Source: Octopus vulgaris (lineage: Eukaryota). From it: a stretch of 64,000 nt of DNA. The number at the start of each line of letters is the position of its first letter. The first letter of the stretch is position 1. A program made the position numbers and the translations under genes. Positions 50,988 through 62,570 of the stretch are shown in pieces. The stretch covers positions 113,212,001-113,276,000 of the forward strand of contig OX597821.1 in NCBI GenBank assembly GCA_951406725.2. Reading direction: 5' to 3'. The notes beneath the pieces were generated by a model that had not been told where the DNA came from, made no database searches, and was given only the letters and a program-made list of their open reading frames with translations.

Positions 50988-53900
50988 CCACCCATTCTAG
51001 CATGGAAGGCAGGCATTAAACAATGATGATATATATACGAGATGGTATCAAAAAGTTGCTAGACTAGTTCTGTTGTGTGCCAATAGATGGCAGCACATGG
51101 TTGTGTGAGCAGTGAGAGCCAGCAGTGACCTTCATGAGGCAGTGTACTGAGTGACATCGCCGTGTTTACTTTGCAAGTTGTGAAATTTGTATTCTTGTGA
51201 TTACGTGTATGCTGGCATCTGTGATTTTTGTAATGGACAGGAAGATGGAACAAAGAACAGACGTGAAATTTTGCATTAAACTTGGAAATTCTGCTACAGA
51301 GATATTGTGCATGCTTCAGCAAGCTTACGGCGACGAGGCAATGGGTCGTGCTCAACGTTTCAAGTGGCACAGGTGCTTCAAACATCGAAAGACCGTCCCT
51401 GAAAGACGATGAGCAATCTGGAAGACCTGCCACAAGTGTCGCCTCCGGAAATGTGCAGAAAATTCATCAGCTTAATTAAGCTTAATTGTTGGAGGACAAT
51501 CAATGACGTCTTGAAGTGTTTGTGGGAGGACATTTGGCGAAAGCAACCAGATCAGTGAAGCGCGAAGAATTGGATTCTTCACGATGACAACACAACATCT
51601 TACAAAACATTTCCATGTCAATATCTATGAACTAATTCAACAGTGAATCTCCTTTCACATAAACATACCAATTTGAAATATTGGTAAACCAAGAGTGAAC
51701 AGGTTTTTTTTTTAATTCAGAAGGTGCAGGAGTGGCTGTGTGGTAAGTAGCTTACTTACCAACCACATGGTTCCAGGTTCATTCCCACTGTGTGGCACTG
51801 TGGGTAAGTGTCTTCTACTATAGCCTCAGGCCAACCAAAGCCTTGTGAGTGGATTTGGTAGACGAAAAACTGAAAGAAGCCTATCTCTTATATATATATA
51901 TGTATGTATATATATAGGTATGAATGTGTGTATATATTTGTGTCTGTGTTTGTCCCCCCGACATCGCTTGACAACTGATGGTGGTGTGTTTATGTCCCCC
52001 ATAACTTAGCGGTTTGACCAAAGAGACCGATAGAATAAGTACTAGGCTTACAAAGAATAAGTCCTGGGGTCAATTTGCTCGACTAAAGGTGGTGCTCCAG
52101 CATGGCCGCAGTCAAATGACTGAAACAAGTAAAAGAGTATGCTCAAAATCTAATTTATACTAAAAAAAAAACTGACTTGTAGAATTAGTTAAAAATCACA
52201 GGAAAAACTCCAATCAACAGACTGTAAAGATACATTGGCACAACATTTGGTGAAGTGTCATCAAATGATATTGCAGTTTTAATTAAGTCAAGACCAATCT
52301 TCAAGAATTTCTCAAGTACTTTGGATACTATTCAGCTGTTAAACACTTGATTCAACAAGTTATATAAACATATTTGAAAAAGAATCTTCCATATAATAAT
52401 TTTTAAAAGGGTTTTGTATGAACAGGTGTAGAAACGTATAGTCATTAATTTCTAAACAGATGTGTCTAGTTTAAAACCCACCCATTTTCCCTGACTGATG
52501 AAAGCAAAAGTTTCAAAGCAATTCAGTTGGGGAGGTTTATTATCAACTTCCTCTAAAATCTCGAATATTCAGTGGCTAAATTTAAATATTTGGGATAGTT
52601 TACTTTGTCAAGAAAATTTGCAAAAGTTGTGGTGATTAGATTTAATATAACTTGAAGGGGAAAACGGATAACATGCATTGGTATCAGCTTTGTGCCCTTA
52701 ACCCCTTTTGATATGATATTTCTACTGAAATACACAACTTTTGGTTCTATTAACTTTGTAAAAAGCATTAGTGCTGGTGTCACATAAATAGCACTCAGTA
52801 CATTTTGTAAAGTGGTTGGCATTAGGAAGGGCATCCGCCATTTGAAACCATGCCAAAACAGACAACTGGAGCCTGGTGCAGCTCTCTGGCTTGTCAGCGC
52901 CTGTCAAACTATCCAACCCATGCCAGCATGGAAAATGGACGTTAAATGATGATAATGAAGAATTTAGTAAATAACTTTCTCACTATTAAGCTGGTTCTTT
53001 GAAATATAATTTAATATAAAACTTGGATGGAAAGTTTAATTCAGACCATTTTAAACAAAGTTTGTATCGCAGAACAAGGGGCGGTCCTAAGCAGTTTGAC
53101 ATTAAAAGGGTTAATTTATGAGATCATAAAGGAGCTGTTGTGACATATGGCATATTATGCGCATATGTAGACACCTGGGGATGTCCAGCTCTTTCCATGT
53201 TTGACCACAGTTGATACCTTCCAAGAGAGAGAGATGGTGGAGCTGGGGATTGACCCAGTACAGGACTGGGATTGTATTTATCAACCCCTGGAGGATGAAC
53301 GACAAAGTTGACCAAGGGGCTGTTTGAACTCAGAGTGCAGAGAACTGAATCAAGGACTGCAAAGGAATCTATCCAGTGTTCTAATGACGGCCAATTCGCA
53401 AATTATTAACAAGCTGTGTCATTATGTGGAAATGAACTTTTCCTAGTCTCTTGTAATTACCGAAACGTGGGTGAATAAAATGAACAGTAAGCTATATATA
53501 GGCATGAAACGTTGGTGGTTACTAAGGCAGGAGTAAGTTCCCTACTACCAATCGTGCCATACCTACACAAGTGTGCCACCCCACCAACTTTGTTTCCTCA
53601 TAGTTCACAGGAAAATGTATATTTTTTTTTAATGAAATTTTCTACAAATATGCTTCTGATGAAGCAGATTCTGATATTATTGGAATTTGTTGTGAAAAAG
53701 TTTTCCTGTGAGAGTGGGAAGAGTTTCAGAAGATTCACATGAGTTGGCTTTGTTTCCTCATAACTTTCAGAAAAATTGTAATTTTTAAATGAAATTTTCT
53801 ACAAATACCTTCCAGAGTGTGTAAACTATGGTTATATTGGAATCCAATGCAAAAAGGAAAACGGTGGGCATGCACAACACATCACAATTTTTTTTCCAAA

Positions 53901-55150
53901 TTTCAAGTTTTACAGACGTATGTGATGTGTGTCAGCCGACCAATTTTTTATTATTTTTTTTTAACAAATTAAATTCCGATAAAATCATTATCTTCACACT
54001 CTGAAAGGTATTTGTAGAAAGATTCAGTAAAAAATTACCCATTTTTCTAAAAGTTACGAGGAAACAAAGCCCATGATGTGAATCATATAAAACTCCTCTC
54101 TTCACCCTCCGGAAAATTATTTTCACAAGAAATTCCAATATAATCCGGAATCTATGCCGTCTGAAGCTCATTTGTAGCAAATGTCATTAGAAAATATCAC
54201 TTTTTTTCAGGCAGTTTTGAGGAAACAAAACAGAGGGCAGGTAAGCCCGAACTGTCACCCTTAATTACAACTCAATGAACACCTTAGAATATAAGGCTCG
54301 CATTTTACACCTGGGGCGTCCACCTCGGGCGGCACTTTTAAAGGGGAATCACTTTTGGGTCTGCTGTAGGCAATGTGTTTTTTGTGGGGTCCGGCAAACG
54401 GAGGGCCGCCGTGGGCGGTCCACACGCTAGTGCATAAAACAACCCATTTTTTAAGGTGAAAAAATACTCTTATACACAGATACATTTCGTAACTTTTTAA
54501 TATGCTAGACACTGTTTATATTATTTTACACACCTCTCACCTGTTAATTAAAGGTAGTTTTCACAACTTGTTACTTCCCTACTTAACGTCTCGTATTAAT
54601 ATTGATAAAGACAGGTGGTTATGGCTGTGTAGGTAAGACATACTCTTCGCAACCAAGTGGCTTTGAGTTCTGTTCCACTGTATGACACCTTGAGTAAGTG
54701 TTTTCTGCTATAGTCCCGGGCTGACCAAAGCTTTGTGAATAAATTTGGTAGATGTAAACTGAAAGAAACCCTCTATGCATGTCGGTGTGTGCCTATGTCA
54801 GTTTGTTTATAAATGTCGGAAAAAAAAAAGATATTTTCCCCCATAACAGTAAAGCTCACCCGGAAAAAAAAAGAAGCTAATTCGAGACATTTATAATACA
54901 TATATATATATTTCATAAATACACCACGTCTACATAAGACCGGGTCTGATATTCTTTTTGATATAATTTGTTAGTTTGTATAAAGATAAGAAATAAACAT
55001 GTGCCATTTAATAGAACCGAACAGAAAATTGGACTAATGACAGATAATACAAATATATGTGTAAAGAAGATATTTACCACTGCTCAAAACTCCCATAAAG
55101 ACGAGTTTGCGCTGATGCCGTTTAACGAATTTCCGAAAACAATCAAACAT
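29154..55150 (-). CDS. PEX3: Peroxisomal biogenesis factor 3, complete CDS, 13 exons, 380 aa
   Basis: complement(join(29154..29261,30440..30530,33029..33151,34966..35039,37410..37569,40500..40554,41520..41595,42632..42756,43950..43993,46325..46406,47993..48039,50013..50097,55078..55150)) = 1143 nt, in frame. Pex3 motifs: FVKRHQRK + TM, HFTSNQKTC, IWNQLK, LLRVQLNVIG, PMAKFIP, LAANIYEAF. Confidence 0.95.
30061..30240. repeat. perfect 89-bp tandem duplication within a SINE fragment
   Basis: 30061-30149 = 30150-30238. Confidence 0.85.
30440..30530 (-). CDS. PEX3: PEX3 exon 12 (EVEIPMAKFIPIIN...RFFQ)
   Basis: AG/GT. Confidence 0.92.
33029..33151 (-). CDS. PEX3: PEX3 exon 11 (DDFHTVLFFCFDLGF...ANL)
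   Basis: AG/GT. Confidence 0.9.
34966..35039 (-). CDS. PEX3: PEX3 exon 10 (VLSSRSSEDILFNKMLSEIRDIVE)
   Basis: AG/GT. Confidence 0.9.
36196..36405. mobile_element. mariner-like MITE
   Basis: Degenerate TIRs GCTGAAAAGTT / AACTTTTCAGC. Confidence 0.55.
37410..37569 (-). CDS. PEX3: PEX3 exon 9 (ISLKEKL...PPEDKPDV)
   Basis: AG/GT. Confidence 0.9.
37686..37720 (-). ncRNA. minimal hammerhead motif in Penelope-like repeat (37605-37803)
   Basis: reverse complement: gUUU-CUGACGA-a-GAG uuccg CUC-GAAAC-GUU-AAA. Confidence 0.65.
38744..39010 (+). mobile_element. 5'-truncated (GAT)n-tail SINE flanked by 94-bp direct repeat
   Basis: 38650-38743 matches 39032-39125. Confidence 0.8.
40500..40554 (-). CDS. 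PEX3: PEX3 exon 8 (GLRTLSEHVKSAVTKAIG)
   Basis: AG/GT. Confidence 0.9.
41520..41595 (-). CDS. PEX3: PEX3 exon 7 (ESETDGPTLDIQERLL...HLLGE)
   Basis: aag acceptor, gtaag donor, phases fit. Confidence 0.85.
42632..42756 (-). CDS. PEX3: PEX3 exon 6 (FTRTISAVY...LRVQLNVIGAYIY...DI)
   Basis: AG/GT. Confidence 0.93.
43950..43993 (-). CDS. PEX3: PEX3 exon 5 (PENQLQIWNQLKLL)
   Basis: AG/GT; conserved Trp of the PEX19-binding groove. Confidence 0.92.
46325..46406 (-). CDS. PEX3: PEX3 exon 4 (LSMLPNLRECLL...QLKI)
   Basis: AG/GT. Confidence 0.92.
46628..47190 (+). mobile_element. tRNA SINE (fourth family; also 29390-29725, 22420-22705, 47560-47930-) with nested Nin-like SINE
   Basis: Nested copy bounded by 15-bp TSD GGTATGCATGTCTAT at 46831 and 47082. 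Confidence 0.75.
47993..48039 (-). CDS. PEX3: PEX3 exon 3 (KQHHFTSNQKTCNCT)
   Basis: AG/GT. Confidence 0.92.
48821..48856 (+). ncRNA. variant hammerhead motif (CUGUAGA core)
   Basis: CUUU-CUGUAGA-a-GAG uguugg CUC-GAAAC-GUA-AAAG. Confidence 0.5.
49165..49695 (-). mobile_element. CR1/L2-like LINE 3' fragment between (TAA)n/(TTA)n
   Basis: reverse complement reads SIRHLPYSEHLTSLGMDTLKL*RLAADL..HKII. Confidence 0.6.
50013..50097 (-). CDS. PEX3: PEX3 exon 2 (VFFGLKYVQYKVAE...YAR)
   Basis: AG/GT. Confidence 0.9.
51035..51600 (+). mobile_element. mariner transposon remnant (5' end + HTH region, frameshifted)
   Basis: MEQRTDVKFCIKLGNSATE..QAYGDEAM..FKWH..; DDEQSGRP; WILHDDN. Confidence 0.8.
53451..54270. 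mobile_element. foldback/MITE-like element with about 240-bp diverged inverted arms
   Basis: TTGTAATTA..TAATTACAA ends; 53590-53820 inverted at 53996-54230. Confidence 0.65.
55078..55150 (-). CDS. PEX3: PEX3 exon 1 (MFDCFRKFVKRHQRKLVFMGVLSSG)
   Basis: ATG at 55150, gtaaat donor, basic cluster before TM. Confidence 0.9.
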
Positions 55151-56166
55151 TTTTAATTAAAACAAGGCCTTGATTATCTTATAAATATATATATATCAGA
55201 TATAGTTAAGACTTCAATTCGTATTTACGCATGGCTTATAAAATAATAAAATATGCTTCTTTTCTTCGGAAACGTTAAGTAAAATGATTTAGATTTAAAT
55301 TCACATTTCGTAAAATATCTTTATATGTATTTTGTAAAATATCTTTATATGTATTTTGTAATAGGTTATGTCAAATTTGCTATGTCTTAGTTTCGTACAT
55401 ATTCTTATCAGTAGAAAAATACGAAAATTTTTTCTTGATTTATTTATTTATTTTAATCGAAATTTATAATTAATGGGTGTCCTTGTTTATGCGTTTAGTC
55501 ACTAATTTATTGCATTTCTGAAAGATAAAGACACGCGTATATACTTCAGTGCAGAATAGATAATCCCGAGGGACATTTTTCGTCAAGCACCGGCTTTTAA
55601 AATTTACCTGCTTTTGTTTATCTTTGTGGATGTTTATAGACCGAAACACTCACACGTACGCTTTCTCTCTGCCTCTCTCTTTCTCTAGTATTTATCCACC
55701 CACTTAGCCTAGATGTTCAGTTAACTGAGTGCACGGGCATAAATATGGAGAACAGCGGCGTAATTTCAGTTAAAAGGGAATGTATAAGAAATACTTTTAT
55801 GGCTTACTTGAAATACTGAGACAAAAACAATATATTACATTTTTTTTCTTTCCTTTAATTGAAGGAGAAAACAAATGCTTTTATTTCAAAAGTGCATATA
55901 TTAGGCAGAGAGAAAATAGACAACTTACACGGTTTTAACTAGAAGTATTTAAAAGACGGTAAACCCACACAAGTTTCCTCCCTTCTCCGACTTTACTTTT
56001 TTCAGAACTTCCAGAAAAATGTATATTTTTAAAAGAAATTTTCTACAAATACCTTTCAGATGGTGTAAATTCCGATTACCTCTGGATTTAGAGTGGGAAA
56101 AAATGGTGGGGGCACGCACAGTGACACACATCACATAACTTCTTTTTTTAAATTTAAAGTTTCTTT

Positions 56167-56229
<63 letters not shown>

Positions 56230-56582
56230 TTATTTAAATTTTATGTGTATATATATATATATATATTCTTTTATTTGTTCCAGTCATTTGACTGTGGCCA
56301 TGCTGGAGCACTGCCTTTAGTCGAGGAAATCAACTCTAAAACTTTCTCTTTGTAAGCCTAGTACTTATTCTATCGCTCTCTTTTGCCGAACCGTTAAGTT
56401 ACGGGGGCGTAAACATACCAGCATCGGTTGTCAAGCGATAGTGGGGGGGACAAGCACAAATATACACACGCACATATACGACGGGCTTCTTTTCAGTTTC
56501 CATCTACCAAATACACTCACAAGACTGCACCCGGAACCATGTGGCTGAAAAGCAAGCTTCTTACCACACAGCCACACTTGCA

Positions 56583-56637
<55 letters not shown>

Positions 56638-56664
56638 AAAGAAAAACAGGATGCAAAGGATTTA

Positions 56665-56751
56665 GCGGTACATATGTTTCGGGCTTTATTAGACAGTTTA
56701 TATCAATGCATAATTGATGTAATATGTATGTCAATAGCCTTCTTCAGCCGC
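56665..56751 (-). ncRNA. type-I hammerhead motif with extended stem II
   Basis: reverse complement: GCGG-CUGAAGA-a-GGCU..AGCCc-GAAA-CAUAUG-UA-CCGC. Confidence 0.75.
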
Positions 56752-56894
56752 ACACAATTACCACACCAAAGACATGTATTACATTATAATTTTGGGAAAA
56801 AGACGAGTTTCGATGGGGATGCAAATCCTCATAGTCGTATACAGCGGAGCGAGACACCAAAACAAAAACAAAGTGTCCATACCGTCTTTCACTC

Positions 56895-56954
<60 letters not shown>

Positions 56955-57481
56955 TTAATAAAATAAACATATGCATATATATATAAACATATATGTACGT
57001 ACCTACCTCTACATGTACATATACACGCATATATGAGTACAGGACACCAAAGGGACGTCGAACACAATGGGAAACGAAAACATAGACACAAACCAAAGGA
57101 AGTGGACATTTTTTTAAACAAAAAAAAAATAGAGTACAGGACAATTAACACAAAAAAAAACCCTTCTTCAGTCGCTATGGTTTCATCTACTCTACGTTTC
57201 GAAGGTGAAAGCGAGACGTATCTTCGACAAGAAACTTTCCTTCCTGCGAAAAGCAAATCAATTAAAATTCTGAGATCTTTTCGCAGAGGGGTAAAAAATG
57301 GTAACAAAAACAGGACAGTAACGACAGTACAAATTATAAACAGTAAAAGACAGGACAAGGAAAAACAAGATAAGGAGGGCTGTTAACGCCGAACGAAAAA
57401 AAGTATTGCGAACGCGGATTTTTTTATGAACGACGAGCGGAGCAAAAAGAATTGTCGTCCATACCTTGAGAGGGCCAGGCC

Positions 57482-57514
<33 letters not shown>

Positions 57515-57525
57515 TTTGGTTTTAT

Positions 57526-57606
<81 letters not shown>

Positions 57607-57651
57607 CACACACATAAAAAACCAAGGCTGTGTGTGTTATATATATATATA

Positions 57652-57685
<34 letters not shown>

Positions 57686-57784
57686 CATACATACATACAT
57701 ACATACATACATACATACATACATACACACACAATAAAACCAAGGCTGTGGGGAATTTTTAGGATATTTATAAAGAGAAAGCTA

Positions 57785-57832
57785 GCCATACAGCTGTTTC
57801 TTGGATATTAGGGATATCCCTTCATCAGAGAC
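57785..57832 (-). ncRNA. degenerate hammerhead motif
   Basis: reverse complement: gucu-CUGAUGA-agggauau..auauccaa-GAAAC-AGCU-GUA-uggc. Confidence 0.5.
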
Positions 57833-58331
57833 AATGTGAAATGTTTAAATAGAGGGAAATATTAGAGTTCAACATAAGGAGTTATTTTGGAAAAGAAAGC
57901 TAATAAGGAGTATATAGGGAAATAGGAGAATGAATGCAGAGATAAAAATAGAAATGTATTAAAATGTTATAGTTGCAGTTCCATTATCCAGGGAAAGTGG
58001 TGTGTAGAAGTGGTAGAAATGCTTCCTATATGTGTTGTGTAAATTCCAATAGGAGTTCATATTTTGTCATCACAAATGGAAAGTGTGGAGACGTAGATTC
58101 CATGTGCTGTTCATTCAAAGGGGTCTTGGGGTGTGAATGAAAACTTGAGAATGTAGTGATAGTATTAAGTGGATAGAAAGGGGAGAAAAGATGTGTATGT
58201 TAGAGAGGGGAGAAGATATATATATATATATAGTTAATCTAAACATGAAAACACAAAGAGAAAACACAACGCAAGGACGTGGCACAAATATTGTGTTATT
58301 GGACGCTCAGGAAAGGAAAGAAAGAAGGAGG

Positions 58332-58366
58332 ATTTAACGTTTCGAGCGGAGCTCTTCGTCAGAAAC
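58332..58366 (-). ncRNA. minimal hammerhead motif (same family as 37686)
   Basis: reverse complement: gUUU-CUGACGA-a-GAG cuccg CUC-GAAAC-GUU-AAA. Confidence 0.65.
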
Positions 58367-58431
58367 ATAGGAAAAGGAAAGATCCAAGTAAGGGAAGAGG
58401 GACGGAAAAAAATCGGTACACACGCGGTCAC

Positions 58432-58475
<44 letters not shown>

Positions 58476-58657
58476 AATATATATATTACCGTTTGTAGAA
58501 ATACATAAATCCGATGGAGAAGCACACCCTAAGATGTAGAGCATGTAATATTATAGTGGGGTAGGCCGGTTTATGGGGTTACCCTGGGTTTCTCGCTCAT
58601 AAAGGCTTAGCCTTACAACGTATCTTCAGACTCCAAACACTGCTGGCCTGAGACCTG

Positions 58658-58704
<47 letters not shown>

Positions 58705-59409
58705 ATGTATGTATGTATGTATGTGTGTGTATATATATGTATGTATGTATGTGTGTATATATATATGTATGTATGTATGTGTGTATATATATAAACGGGA
58801 AGCTTTACGAAAATAAACAAAAGACGGAGGCAGGTGGAGTACAAACAAACAATTGTATTAGTATGGCGCTCAGGAATAGAAATAAAAGAAGTCTTTTACA
58901 TTTCGAGCCTACGCTCTTCAACAGAAAGATACACAGAAAAGAAACAAGGAGAGAAAAAAAATGCGTGCAGGAGCTAACGATTCAACATGGCGACACACAC
59001 ACATACACGATGTGTGCGCGCCCAACAATATTTTACAAACACACATACATTAAATTCCGATATAATTAGAATCTATACCATCTGAAAGGTATTTGTAGAA
59101 AATTTCCTTTTTTTTTTTCTTTTTGAAAGTTATGAAGAAACAAAGTAAGAAATAATGATGTATAAGAGTCAGCAAAATTTTCGAAAATGTGCCATTAGTA
59201 AAGACTATTATGTTTTTATTCGCTGTATTTCAAGTGCTTGATGCCATTTCATCAGACTTTACGTTCTGAGTTCAAACTTCACCGAGATCGACTGTCCCCT
59301 TGCCCAGAAGTTGCTGGCCTTGTGCTTATAATATAGAAGTGTGTGTGTGTGTGTGTGTTAGTGTACATGTATGTTCTCTTCTGTATTTAACCATTTATAT
59401 TCTTCTTCT

Positions 59410-60520
59410 GAAGAAGGAGTTGGTTTCTAACCAAAGATACAAAGCTCCATCGTGTGGGATGTAGATAACGAAAACAACGTCACATTATAAACCCGAGAAA
59501 AGTCTTGCATATTTTTACCGTTCCGCTTACAAATTGTATTTGTAATGTGCGAATCAGTTGGCTGATTTCTCTTTCTGAAAATCCAATTTTATCCAGACTG
59601 ACAGTTATGCATTTACTTAGAAAAATAAGTGCTCCAATTTTATTGGTATAAATGTAAATTTCTGATCCGAATATAGAAGCCGGAGATTTCGAAGCAGTTG
59701 TCCATAGTTATCTTCTGTCTCTTTGATTTTCAAAGAGATATTCGCATCAGCAGAACAGCAGAACAGCTGACCTCTATGGCGGTACATACTTTTTCTTATC
59801 TGTCCCAAACAACAATATCTGGCCTATAATGCTTATACTTGACTGACTATTTTGATGGGAATGTTCCACCAATATTCCTTGTGCTGGTATTTGTGTACGT
59901 ATTCCATAACAGGGGAATTCTTAATATTTATTCCACGAGTCTTTTTTTCCGAATCTCATTATATATTGTTTTTGCGACAACGTCGTGTCGCATTGGGAGG
60001 TGGTACCTTGGTGACATTTTTGGGAAGTTGCTAATCACGTGTGATGTCTTCAACAGAAATATGACATAATCTACATTTAGGGTCGCAACCTGGAACTCCA
60101 ATGGCTTCATTGTCTCCTTCTTTTGATCAGATATTTTGTAGCAATCGTCTGTTCTTGGATTGCAAATGCATAGCCATCGAAGTGTGATGTGATGGTCACG
60201 AGACCAAGAGAGGTTTCGCTCCATGTCCATGTTACTATCTTCTTCAAGTCTACGAGAAACCTACTCATGGATGGTATTTTGCGGGTATGTTGAGCGTTTC
60301 ACTTCCAGGTCTTCCTTGAGGCCTGTTTGTTCGGCTGATTTGGGCTTGTATGGGAGGTCATGAAGAAGAGACTACTTCCTGGGGAGCTCACTTTCAACAC
60401 GTAGCATATTGTTCTCTTCACTTTTCATCACTGAGTTAACGTATTTATTTTTGATGCTGTTTGAAAGAGACTATGCGACATTCGAAGGCTGTCTGCACTG
60501 ATCTTAAGTCCCTACCTCCT
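59410..60520 (-). mobile_element. REL-endonuclease (R4/NeSL-like) LINE 3' remnant
   Basis: HVISNFPKMSPRYHLPMRHDVVAKTIY and RPDIVVWD motifs, broken frames. Confidence 0.65.
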
Positions 60521-61054
60521 TTGATGGTGGTGGTCGTCATAGTGATAGTAATGACGATAATGGTTATCATGATAATGATAATGATAATGATAATGATAAT
60601 GATGGTGACAGTAGGCGAGATGTGATGCCTTCTACGTAAAGATGTTTGTATCGATGGGGAAACAATAAATGCCTAGTGTTACAAGGGAAGTAACTCTAAT
60701 ATAGCTTATGAAAATTTAGAGATAATTATGTTTCTTAGTTTTTCGACCAGTAGCTATATAGCGGCAAAAAATGTTACCGTCCAGTATTGTTACTACTTAT
60801 AAATCGTTAGGAGGTTTTAGAACTTGCTGTTTTGCTCGTTACGAGATCAGCGGCTGTCTGTCGCTTCTCTGTTTATATATTGAGTAGGGACGATTGACTA
60901 CCGTCTCTAGCAAACAGATAACCATTACTATGATAGGTAAAGACTCAGGAACCATGGTCTGCTGGTCTTGCTAAGTTAGAGGGAAGGGATTCGCTCCCTT
61001 ACTCACAACATATCGGACACAGGCTGTGTGTCGTTGACCAGCAGGAAAAGACGT

Positions 61055-61474
61055 GGAACTTTTCGGTTTGAACGGCAGTTTTTAACAATTTCCCCGTAAC
61101 TAAACACTTTTAAACTTCGTATGCTGGTAGAATGTGTTTATAAAACATCTTTTTCTCTTGGCTTTATTGAGAAAACTTTATAGTTTGTAAGATATTTGTT
61201 GTTGTTTTTTCTTCAATTTCTGCAATTTCAACCAATCAATGACGTCTATTGAGGTAAAAAAAAAACATTCTGTGCCGTATGAATATGTCCCTCGTTTAAG
61301 AAACAGATTGGGTTTATTTACATTTGTGAATAAAAAAAGATACCTTTCTCCCCACCCCTAACCCTAACCCTAAAACAGATTGAAATGCAATAGATCGATA
61401 CTAGGGTCATAATTATGGGTGACAATTTCATATGACACCGCTAGAAAAAACTGCCGTTCAAACCGAAAAGATCC
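61055..61474. mobile_element. 420-bp non-autonomous TIR element containing (CCCTAA)3
   Basis: 29-bp TIR GGA(A/T)CTTTTCGGTTTGAACGGCAGTTTTT; flanked by 44-bp direct repeat. Confidence 0.8.
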
Positions 61475-62394
61475 TATCGGACACAGGTTGTGTGTCGTTA
61501 ACCAGCAGGAAAAGACGTGTTCCTGGGATTAAAATGAAGGGAACTTAGTTCTGTATAGAACAGCCATATTATAGTGGCAAAAAATGTTACCGATATTTAT
61601 TCCGTTATTTAAAACCTATCTTGGTACAGTATAAATAGCTCTCCATTTGTGCACAACTTTGAATGGCTCTACAAGATATGGGAAGCCGCGGATGCGGATC
61701 AGTAGATATGGCAACTTTGTTTTACAAAAATTTAGTGTAAGTGCTTAGTTGTCACTAGTTTGTGAAAGTGTCCTCGTAGCTTGTACCATGCTCTCGCTAA
61801 ATGCTTTTAGGTGCCTAAGTAGTCGCGAGCAGACATACACACCCTCTCTGCACAGGATTTGAGAGTTGGATGCAGGGAGAGGGGGGGGAGAAAGCGGGAG
61901 AAGGGGGAAGAGTAAGGGGTTGCATTAGTACATAGCAGGTACTTACTTTTAGCCGAGTTGAGTGGAACAAAGTAAATGATGTACCTTGCACGAAAATACT
62001 ACATGCTGCGTAATCTAGGAATCGAACCCACGACGTTACTACTGTGAGTCCAACACTCTAACGACTAAGCCACGTGCCTTCGCATTCTTAAGGGTTAGTA
62101 TAGAAATAATTGCCCAAAGTAAATGAAGCTAGCGTTTAGTTTAAACTATTGCAGGCTGGGGGTGGGGCTTTGGGGGTGGGGAGGAAGTACTAACTGGTGT
62201 GAAGTTTTGAGGCAATGTGAGCAGCCTTCCATTGTAGGTCAAATTTCCATTTTCTGATGAATTAATAAACTAATCTAATAAGTAAACACACCTTATATGA
62301 CGTAGGAGGAGGAGGAAGATTGTTTTCTTGTGCCAAGCGTTTTCAATGCTGGTTAAAGAAACTGTTCGTCGTCCTGATAATATGATCAACAAAA

Positions 62395-62570
62395 GGGAAC
62401 TGCTCTGAATCGGAACAAAGGCTCTAAATCAGAAATGTCTCTGATAATCCGGAACAAACGCTCTAATTCGGAACTGTCTCAGTTAATCAGAAATAAAAGC
62501 TCTTATTCGGAACTGACGCAATAAATCCGCGATAAAGACTCTAATTGGTAACAGTCTCAGATAATCCAGG
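62395..62570. repeat. degenerate 39-bp tandem repeat (about 4.5 copies)
   Basis: Recurring ATC(C)GGAACAAA.GCTCTAATTCGGAACTGTCTC. Confidence 0.65.

Noticed and set aside
55600-55930. PEX3 5'UTR exons or promoter
   Set aside because: Several donor-like sites (about 55607, 55651, 55928) but nothing distinguishes them without transcript data.
57160-57205. Type-II (permuted) hammerhead GAAACGUA...CUGAAGA on -
   Set aside because: Stem I cannot pair; more likely pieces of degenerate motifs.
56428-58848. Long ORFs rich in YI/CV/HT repeats
   Set aside because: Translations of (TA)n, (TG)n and (TACA)n microsatellites.
61356-61373. Telomere or chromosome fusion site
   Set aside because: Only three units, internal to a TIR element.
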